From: Chiloscyllium plagiosum
Taxonomy: Eukaryota
Assembly (NCBI RefSeq): GCF_004010195.1
Contig: NC_057750.1
Coordinates: forward strand, 13,927,518-13,968,707
Length of the DNA stretch: 41,190 bases
Reading direction: 5' to 3'
Shown one piece after another: positions 32,200 to 41,190 of the stretch. How positions within the stretch are numbered: the first letter of the stretch is position 1; every line of letters begins with the position of its first letter. The notes beneath the pieces were generated by a model. It was not told the origin of the DNA. It ran no database searches and was given only the letters and a program-made list of their open reading frames with translations. The position numbers were made by a program, and so were the translations under genes.

Positions 32200-32385
32200 G
32201 CAGGAATAAAACCAGAAAGCGTTGGAGAAACCTGCTAGGTCTGGCAGCATCGGTGGAGGTCGTAATAAGGTCAACGTTTTGGGGCCCATGGCTCTCCACC
32301 GATGCTGCCAGACCTACCGAGTTTTTCCAGCACTTTCGGTTTTTGTTTCAGACCTCTAGCATCCACAGTGTGCTGCTTTTCCAGT
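32200..32385. mobile_element. Old degenerate PLE-type fold-back (similar ones at ~24895-25070 and ~25722-26010)
   Basis: GGTCTGGCAGCATCGGTGGAG and CTCCACCGATGCTGCCAGACC are inverted arms. Tail is CAGCATCCACAGTGTGCTGCTTTT-like. Confidence 0.65.
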
Positions 32386-32553
32386 CGCTTACCTCTTGCT
32401 TCCTTACTTACCTCGCTTCTGGTTGGACGTTCCCGTGCTAGAAAACGTATCCTGTCCTGTATTACTGGCTCCACAGTGATGAAGGAATGGACACGTTTAA
32501 GCTTAGTGTTTACAGAGTTTGCTCAGACACGGAGTTCCCTTGACATGGTCAGT

Positions 32554-32753
32554 TTAAAACGGTTAATGACGGGCAAACTATACAGCACTTTACCCTGCAT
32601 AAAACTGCTGGTGTCTGTGAGGTTAGGAACCGGATTTGTTCCTAATCTGATTACAATTGCAGTTAGAACAGTTCCGGTTCCTAACCTCATAGACACCAGC
32701 AGTTTTATGTAGGGTAGTGTCCTGTATAGTTTGCCCGTCATTAACCATTTTAA
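32554..32753. repeat. 200-bp imperfect palindrome bounded by TTAA (MITE-like)
   Basis: ~90-bp arms at about 90% identity around a ~17-nt spacer. Confidence 0.85.
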
Positions 32754-32881
32754 TTGTAATCAATTGTAGAGTTCAAGTGATTCTTATCAGTTTGCGCTGG
32801 AATCCAATCTTGCACAAACCATTTACAGTGAAGTGATGAAAAGAGAAACCCTGTGGCTTTTTCTTAACAGCATGCACTGGA

Positions 32882-33115
32882 TGCTGTGGCTCAGTTGGTA
32901 GCTTGCCTTCATCTGAGCGAGAATGGCTGTGGGTTCAAATCCAACTCCAGTTGGTGGAGTAGAAAGCACTAATTGGCACTTACTGTGGGTAACCTCTTTT
33001 GGAAGAGACATTAGACTAGGCCCATTGGGTGAATATAAAGGATTCTGGTATTTTGACGGAGAGCTCTCCCTGGAAACACGGCCAATATTGGTTCCTCAAA
33101 CATCATTAAAGTGAA
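32882..33115 (+). mobile_element. Degenerate DeuSINE-like tRNA-derived SINE
   Basis: A-box GCTGTGGCTCAGTTGGTAGC, B-box GGGTTCAAATCC, then Deu-like CTTTTGGAAGAGACATTAGAC...GGCCAATATT. Confidence 0.55.
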
Positions 33116-33144
33116 ATTTTTTGACTGTTATAATAAAGAAGGGG

Positions 33145-33400
33145 GAGGAGTAGGCCATTAACCCCTTCCTCTGCCATCCAATAAGACCATGGTTGATCTG
33201 ACTGCAACCTCAAATCCACATTCCTGCCCATCCTGATAACCTTTGACCCCATGGATTGAAGTGAATCTCACCACCCCTGCCTTCAATATCTTCAAAGGCT
33301 CTGCCAACACCGTCTTTTCAAGAAGAGAGTTCCAAAGATTCATAACCCTATGAGAGAAATAAAATGGTCTTAGCTCTATTTTAAAAGGACAACCCCAGAT
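33145..33400 (-). mobile_element. CR1 3' end (older subfamily)
   Basis: ORF 33158-33343: MNLWNSLLEKTVLAEPLKILKAGVVRF. Confidence 0.75.
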
Positions 33401-33653
33401 GTTTAAATGTGCTGTTAAACATTACTGTTCTGGTGACATGCTATGCACAAGTTAGCATGTGAGTCATCTTAGGGTCCATATAAATACTAGATCTTTCCTT
33501 TTGTACTGGTGTGAAACTTGGACAAGTTCAATCAGATTAACTACCTTGCTGCTTTTTCTTTTAATCTCTCCCATTTTACTGAGAGTCACCACAATGCTAG
33601 TTGGCAAGTCTTCACCATCATCTCTTGTCAGTCATCCATTCCTCTTCCAAACC

Positions 33654-33924
33654 TATCATGCAGTGCAGCTAGAGGCCATTTGGCCCATCAAGACTACACC
33701 CTCCCTTCAAAGAGTATCCTACCCTATCCCTGTAATCCCACATGTACTACTGTCAACCCACGTAGCCTGGGCATGATGGGGTAACTTAGCACGGCCAATC
33801 CATCTTACCTGCCCATCTTTGGACTGTGGGAGGAAACTGGAGCACCCGAAGAAAACCCACGCAAACTCCACACAGACCGTCACCCGAGGCTGGAATTGAA
33901 CCCAATGAGCCACCGTGCCACCCT
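33654..33924 (-). mobile_element. HE1-type V-SINE (internally deleted)
   Basis: Homologous to the other copies. Confidence 0.8.
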
Positions 33925-34677
33925 GATTGCTGTATTTAAGTCTCTTGCCACCACATTTTTCCATCAGGGTTTTGTTTTTTCTTGCTGGCAGTCCCCAACA
34001 TGGGGGACTTGCTTCCCCACATTTCCTCTCTATCTCTCTCTCTGCAACAGATGATGGGATGATCATAATCATCTCCCAACTATGCCCTTTTCATGCTTTC
34101 ACGATCTTTAGCGCCTCCCCCTACCCCCGCGACGTTCTGCTTCTTGATCTTATGTTACACCGCGCACCCTTCCCAGCAGCCACATCTCTCTACAATCCCT
34201 TCACTGTCTCCCTCTTGTGATGTTGCTCGGGTTAGTGTACGTAGTAATGTACCCCATCTATTTTCTCTCCCCTCAGCTTAAATAAACAATTTTCACATTT
34301 AACGCAGCTGTCCTGAAGGATCTCCCATCTTTTCTGTGGAATTAATTAATCTTTCAAACTCCTTTTCCCTCTTAGACCAGGGTTTTTAACCTAATCAGTG
34401 TTATCACTATAATGCAATGGCCTTGGGGTCGATGGCTTTGAAATAATGTGTTTTGATGGTGGGGACACTCGATCTGAGCTGTAAGCAATCTTTTAAACTG
34501 CTTAATTTTTAATGTTTTAACTTCTAGCTTTTCCGGCCTGGGTTAGTCTGCCATTTTTAGTATCTCCCTGGGCCCACTGGAGATGTTAAGCTTTGCATGT
34601 TGAGCCTCTGATCTTTGTTTGTCCACCACTGAACTCCAATTTAGGACCACTCTCACACAGCCCAGCCTCAAACAGCA

Positions 34678-36000
34678 TTGAGTTATAGATCCATACAACG
34701 CAGTGAAGATCCTTCAGCCCATCGAATCCGCGCTCACAATAATTACCACTAAAGGCGCTGTCATCCCAATTTCCTGCCCTTGTCCATATCCTTGAATGTT
34801 ACGATATTTCAAGTACTCATCCAAATACTTTTGAACGGGGAGGGGGGGGGCACTGTGGCACAATGGTTAGCACTGCTGCCTCACAGCGCCAGAGACCTGG
34901 GTTCAATTCCCGCTTCAGGCAACTGTCTGTGTAGAGTTTGCACATTCTCCCCGTGTCTGTGTGGGTTTCCTCCCATAGTCCAAAAATGTACAGGTTAGGT
35001 GAATTGGCCATGTTAGATTGCCCGTAGTATTAGGTTAAGGGGAATGGGTCTGGGTGGGTTGCTCTTCAGAGGGTCGGTGTGGACTTGTTGGGCTGAAGGG
35101 CCTGTTTCCACACTGTAAGTAATCTAATCTAAAAGTTGTAAGATTTCTGACCTCCACTATCTTCCCAGACAGTGCAATCCAGATTTGCATCACCCACTGA
35201 GTGTAAGGGTTTATTCCCAATTCCCCTCTGAATCTCCTGCCCCTTACCCTAAAACTATCACTTCCCCTGCTCATGATTGACCCCTCAACCAAGGGGAGTA
35301 GCTGCTCTCTATTCACCCCATCCATACCCCTCACAATCTTATACACCTCAGTCATGTCCCCCCTCAATAATCCAAACCTATCTAATCTCTCCTTGTAGCT
35401 CAATTTCTCCACCTTCGGCAACATCCTGCTGAATTTCCTCTGTGCTCCTTCCAGTGCTATCACATCTTTCCTGCAGTGAGGTGACCGGAACTGCACACAG
35501 TACTCCAGCTGTGGCCCAGCCAATGCTCTGTACAGCTCCAACATTACCTCTTTGCTTTTACGCTCTATCCCACAACTGATACACAACATAGAACTTAGAA
35601 CAGTACAGCATGGGACAGGCCCTTCAGCCCACAATGTTGTGCCGAACATGACGTCAAATGAAACGAATCCCTTTCGCCTGCCCTTGATCCATATCCCCCT
35701 ATTCCTGAGATATTCATGAGCTTATCTAAAAGTCCCTTCAATATCCCTATCGTATCTGTCTCCACTACTACCCCCCAGCAGTGTGTTCCAGATTCCTACC
35801 ACTCTTTGTGTAAAAAACCTGCCCCTTTCCTCTCCTTTGAACCTTAAATGTACACCTTCTAGTATTAGACTGATGAAAGCAAGTGGCCATTATGCCTTCT
35901 TAACTATCCTATTCATGTGCTCTGCTGACTTCAGGGATCTGTGAATAATTACCTCAAGATCCTCTAATCTACTGCGCGTCTTGCTGATCATTAAATACCC
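34678..36000 (-). mobile_element. CR1 3' portion with a nested SINE (34847-35130) and a nested CR1 tail (35581-35868)
   Basis: LYRALAGPQLEYCVQFRSPHCRKDVIALEGAQRKFSRMLP. TSD ACTGAT at 35575-35580 and 35869-35874 flanks the nested tail. Confidence 0.85.
34847..35130 (+). mobile_element. HE1-type V-SINE
   Basis: GGCACTGTGGCACAATGGTTAGCACTGCTGCCTCACAGCGCC...CACACTGTAAGTAATCTAATCT. Confidence 0.92.
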
Positions 36001-36011
36001 CCTTATCTTGT

Positions 36012-39000
36012 TTAGAACATAGAACAGTACAGCACAGTACAGGCCCTTCGGCCCACGATGTTGTGCTGAGCATTTATCTGAATCTAAGATCAATCTAACC
36101 TACACACCCCTCAATTTACTGCTGTCCATGTGCTTGTCCAGCAGTTACTTAAATGTCCCTGATGACCCTGATTCTTCCACCACCACTGGCAGTGCATTTC
36201 ACGCACCCACCACTCTCTGTGTAAAGAACCTACCTCTGACATCTCCCCCCTATCTTCCTCCAATCACCTTAAAATTATGACCCCTTGTGACAGACATTTC
36301 TGCCCTGGGAAAAAGTCTCTGGCTATCCACTCCATCGATGCCCCTCATTACCTTGTACACCTCTCTATCAAATCACCTCTCTTCCTTCTCTCCAGCATGA
36401 ACCTCTCTTCATAAGACATGCCCTCCAATCCAGGCAGCAACCTGGTAAATCTCCTTTGTACCCTTTCTAAAGCATCTATATCCTTCCTATAATGAGGTAA
36501 CCAGAACTGGACACAATATTCCAAGTGTGGTCAAACCAGGGTTTTAAAGACCTGCAGGAAAACCACGCAGCTCTTAAACTCAATTTCCATGTTAATAAAA
36601 GCCAAAACACCATATGCCTTCTTAATAACCCAATCAACTTGGGTGACAACTTTGAGGGATCTGTTACATGGACCCCAAGATCCCGATGTTCCCCCACATT
36701 GCCAAGAATCCTGTATTTAACCCTGTATTCCGCATTCAAATTCGACCTTCCAAAATGAATCACTTAGCATTTATCCAGGTTGAACTCCATCTGACACTTC
36801 TCAGCCCAGCTCTACATCCTGTCAAAGTTTTCTTGTAGCCTGCAACAGTCCTTAACACTAGCTACAACAACACTGACCTTTGTGTCATCAGCAAATGTAC
36901 TAACTCATCCTTCCATTTCTTCATTCAAGTCATTTATAAAACCCACAAACAGCAGAGACTCAAGAACAGATCCCTGCGGGACACCACTGGTCACCCACCT
37001 CCAGGTGGAACACTATCCATCCACTCCCACTTGCTGTCTTCTTTCAGCCAGCCATTCTGTATCCAGACAGCCAAATTTCCCTGTATCCCATACCTCCTAA
37101 CTTCCTGAAACCTTATCAAATTCCTTACTGAAATCCATATAGACCACATCCATTGCTCAACCTTCATCAACTTATCTCCTCACATCTTCAAAAGTGAGGA
37201 TTGTGACGCATGACCTGCCCCTCACAAAGCCATGCTGACTATCTTTAATCAAACTATGTTTTTCGAAATAGTCATGAATCCAACTCTCAGAATCCTTTCC
37301 AGTACCTTGCTTACCACAGACGTACGAATGACTGGTCTGTAATTCCCAGGGATTTTCCTATTCCCTTTCTTCAAAGAGGAACAACATTAGCCTTCCTCCA
37401 ATCATCCGGTACTACTCCCGTGGAGAGTAATGATGCAAAGCTCATCCCCAGAGGTGCAGCAATCTCATTCCTCACTTCCTGTAGTAACCGTGGATATATC
37501 TGGTCCGGCTCTGGGGACTTATCTATTTGATGCTTCCCAGACTTTCTAGCACCTCCACTTTCCTAATATCACTCTGTTCAAGCCTATTAACTTGGTCCAT
37601 GGTGTTCTCACTATCAATAAGGTCCCTCTCTCCAGTGAATACTGAAGCAAAAGACTCTCTAAGGGCCTCCTCAACCTCTTCAGACTCCAAGTTCCCTTCA
37701 CTATCCTTGATCATTCCTACCCTCTCTCTGATCATTCTCTTATTCCTCATGTAAGCATACAATGCCTTTGTGTTTTCCCTAATCCTTCCCGCCAAGGCTT
37801 TTTCTTGCCCCCCGCTCCACCTCCCGAGCTCTCTTTAGTCCATTTTGATTTCTTTCCTAGCTACCCTGTAATCCTCGAAAGATGTGCCAGATCCTTGCTT
37901 CCTCAACCTTAAGTAAGCTTCCTTCTTCCTCTTGATGAGAAGCTCCTCTTCCCCTGTCATCCAAGGCTCCTTCACCTTACCATTTCTTGCCTGTTTCAGT
38001 GGGACAGTTATCCAACATTCACAAGTGCTCCTTAAACAGCTTCCACATTTCTGTTGTGCAGTTCCTGTAGAACAATTATTCCCAATTTATACTCCACAGT
38101 GTCTAATAGCAGCATCATTTCCCCTCCCCCAATTAAATACCTTCCCACACTGCCTGTTCCCATCCCTCTCCATGGCTGTGGTAATGAGGACAGGCAGGAG
38201 GCTGGAAGAACTCAGCAAGCCAGGCAGCATCAGGAGGTGGAGAAGCAGACACTTCAGGTCTAACCCTTCTTCAGGACTGGGGGTGGGTGTAGGAGGGAGT
38301 TGCAGATAAAGGGGCTGACTGGGGCAGGGTAGTGAAATGGGGATAGGTGAAGACAGATAGAGGGTATGACCTGGTTGGCCAATGGGAGGAATGAATTTGG
38401 TTGGTGGCTGGGAGGAGGGGAAGGGAGGGGGAGGGGCTGGGAAGGGAGTCGGAGATAGGAAGGGAAGTTATTTGAAATTGGCAAACTCAATGTTGACTCC
38501 TCCGGGTTGTAGGGTGCCCAGACTGAAGATGAGGTGTTGTTCCTCCAATAAGAGCTGTGGTCTGTTTTGGCAACGGAGGAGGCCAAGGATGCTCATGTCG
38601 GAAAGGGATTGGGAAGGGCAATTAAATTGGGCAGTGACTGGGAAGTCCACTCGGCCATTGAGAGCCTGACTGAGATGCTCGGTGAGCCGTTCCCTAAGTT
38701 AACGTTCCATCTCCCCGATGTAGAGAAGACCACATCGGGAGCACCTGATGCAGTAAGCTAGGTTGGAAGAGAGGCAGGTGAACCTCTGTCTCACCTGGGA
38801 GGAGTGTTTGGGGCCCTGGATGGAGGTGAGAGGGGTGGTGTGCCGGCAGGGAAAGGTACCTGTGGGTTTGGGGGGGTTGATGGGGAGAGTGGCGCAAACC
38901 AAGGACTGTCAGATGGAACGGTTCTTGGGGAAGGCAGAGCGGGGTGGGGAGGGGATCGTGAATGGAATGTCTCCTCATCCGAGCAGATGTAGTGGAGGCG

Positions 39001-41010
39001 GAGGAATTGGGAGAACAGGATGGAGTTCTTGCAGGATATTTGGTGGGAAGAGGTGTAGTCCAGGTAGTTATGAGAGTCTGTGGGTTTGTAGTAAACGTCC
39101 ATCTGGGGATTGTTGCTGGAGATGGAAATGGAGAGGTCAAGGAAGGGGATGGAGGTGTCTGAGACAGACCAATTGAATTTGAGGATGGGGTGGAAGTTGT
39201 GGGCAAAGTCAATGAACTGCTCCAGTTCAGCCTGGGTCCTGGACGCTGCGCCGATGCAGTCGTCAGTGTAACAGCGGAAGAGTTGGGGCACAGTGACTGA
39301 GTAGGTACTAAAGAGGGACTGTTCAATATAGCCCACAAAGAGGCAGACATAGCTGGGGCCCATCCGGGTGCCCATGGCCGCCCCCTGGATTTGGATGGAA
39401 GGGGATAAGTTAAAGGAAAATTTGTTGAGGGTGAGGACGAGTTCGACAAGGCAGGGGAGGGTATTGGTGGAGGGGGACTGGATGGGTCTGTTGGGGAGGA
39501 GGAAGCAGAGGGCCTGGAGGCTGTCCTTGTGGGGTATGGATGTGTATAAGGGCTGTACATCCATCGTAAAGATAAAGCCCTGGGAGCCAGGGAACTGGAA
39601 GTTGCTGAAGGTATGAAGGGTGTGGTTTTATCGTGTGTGTGGGTAGGAAGGGCCTGAACTAAGGGGGAGAGGATGGACTCGAGGTAGGACAAGAGCTCGA
39701 TGAGGCAGGAGCATGGCGAGATGATAGGTTGGCCATGGTAGTTGGGCTTGTGGATCTGAACCACCCTCGGCGTCATCCATTGCTAAAACAAACCAAAGCT
39801 CCTATTGGAGGAACAACACCTTATCTTCCAACTGGGCACCCTACAGGCCAGAGGACTCAACATTGAGTTCTCCAATTTCAAATAGCCTCCCTTCCAATCC
39901 CCCAGACTCCCTTCCAAGCCCTTCTCCCACCCTTCCACTCCTCTCAGCCACCACTCGGATTCCTTCCTCCCATTGACCAACCAGGTCGTACCCTCTGCTT
40001 GTCTTCACCTATCCCCACTTCACCAGACCTGCCCCCGCCACTCCCTTTACCTGCAGCTCCCCCCAGAACAACACATAGTCCTGACAAAGGGTTGCATGCA
40101 AAACGTTGACTTCTCCACCTCCTGATGCTGCCAGGCTTGCTGTGTTCTTCCAGCCTTCTGCCTGCCTACTTCAGATTCCACCATCTGCAGTTTTTTTTTG
40201 TCTCTATGGTAAAGGTGAGGCAGTTATGGTCACTGTCACCGAAATGCTCTCCCACCGAGAGATCTGATACCTGGCCTGGCTCATTGCCTCACACCAAATC
40301 CAATATGGCCTCCCCCCAGTCGGCCTATCTACATATTGAGTCAGGAATCCTTTCTGACAAAATTGGCTCCATCCAGACCATCTGCACTAAGGAGGTTACA
40401 ATCAATATTGGGGAAGTTGAATTCACCCATAACAACAACTCAGTTACATCCACACCTTTCCAAGTTTTGCTGTCCAATCTGTTCTTCCATCTCTCTGCTG
40501 CTTTTGGGGATCTGGAGAAAACACCCAATAAAGTGACAGCTCCTTTCCTGTTATTGACTTCCACCTATACTGACTCAGTAGACAAACCCTCCTCAACAAC
40601 TTCATATTCTGCAGCTGTGATGCCCTCTCGAATTAACAATGTACTCCCCCCTCCTATCAACTGTGTATCCTTCCTGGCAGACTCTCTGCATTCTATTTCT
40701 GCCCGTTCAACAACTACCCTCTCCTGTGCTCTGAAGCACTGGTTCCCACCCCCCTTTCCAAACTAGTTTAAACCCTCCCGAAGTGCTCTAGCAAATCTCC
40801 TGCTGAGGACATTGGTGCCCCTCCAGCTTAAATGCAACCTGTCCTTAATGTACAGAATCCACCTTCTCCAGAAGGTACCCCAATGACTTATGTACCTGAA
40901 GCCCTCCCTCCCAACACCAGCCCTGTAGTCACGTGTTTAGCTCAACTTGCTCTCTGTTCCTCGCCTCAGTAGCACGTGGCATCAGCAGTCATCCTGAGAT
41001 TATTACTCGA
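36012..41010 (-). pseudogene. Long degenerate CR1 LINE: ORF1 esterase C-terminus (40763-41010), APE endonuclease (40204-40640), RT and 3' UTR (36012-38184), split by a PLE
   Basis: Same family as 18796-20810 (YMRNKRMIRERVG, IHFGRSNLNAEYR). Endonuclease motifs VMGEFNFPNID and DHNCLTF. ORF1 GFRYISHWGTFW...KDRLHL resembles the SGNH DGLHL motif. Confidence 0.88.
38185..40203 (-). mobile_element. 5'-truncated Penelope-like element (family D): RT + GIY-YIG with inverted terminal repeats
   Basis: RT motifs MDVQPLYTSIP, QGAAMGTRMGPSY, YTDD, PFLDL and YYKPTD. GIY-YIG motif YCIRCSRCGLLYIGE. Terminal repeat at 38185-38600 with an inverted copy at about 39765-40203. TSD CT(G/A)TGGTAA at 38176-38184 and 40204-40212. 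Confidence 0.92.
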
Positions 41011-41190
41011 CTCATCTACTGCCTGGGAACCCTCCAACCACAAGGGATGAACTCAGATTTCTCCAGTTTCCTCATTTCCCCTCCCCGCACCTTGTCTCAG
41101 TCAAATCCCTCGAACTCAGCACCGCCTTCCTAACCTACAATCTTCTTCCTGACCTCTCCGCCCCCACCTCACTCCGGCCTATCACCCTCA
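41011..41190 (+). mobile_element. PLE family A 3' region (runs off the window)
   Basis: LIYCLGTLQPQGMNSDFSSF (compare LIFSLGTLQPGGVNIEFANF in family D), followed by sequence matching 10192-10287. Confidence 0.85.

Noticed and set aside
38694..39776. 360-aa Ser/Pro-rich ORF
   Set aside because: Mostly an alternative frame over the C-rich PLE RT. Only its N-terminus is in the RT frame, before a frameshift.

Overview
Eukaryotic, very repeat-dense genomic DNA. It is almost certainly from an elasmobranch (shark): it carries multiple HE1-type V-SINEs with CR1/HER1-type tails. No complete cellular gene is visible. Most of the window is nested retroelements: many CR1 LINE 3' fragments, two long CR1 copies with RT (18796-20810 +; 36012-41010 -, which also carries endonuclease and ORF1 esterase remnants), a 5'-truncated Tx1-type LINE, Rex1/Babar, L2-like and RTE remnants, three SINE types, and several families of Penelope-like elements (PLEs). 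The clearest non-trivial signal is a minimal hammerhead-ribozyme motif (CUGAnGA-N-stemII-GAAA-palindromic stem III-NUH) in the PLE terminal repeats. It shows compensatory changes between families. Several PLE insertions are ~200-290 bp fold-back units flanked by 9-15 bp target-site duplications (TSDs). PLE hammerheads are a known phenomenon, so this is not claimed as new. Other notable items: a 56-bp CR1-derived minisatellite containing TTAGGG, a locally copied insertion, a 200-bp TTAA-bounded palindrome, and a candidate minus-strand first coding exon (25619-25221) suggesting the window is mostly intron of an unidentified gene. Repeat boundaries are estimated by eye. Family labels A-D are my own.
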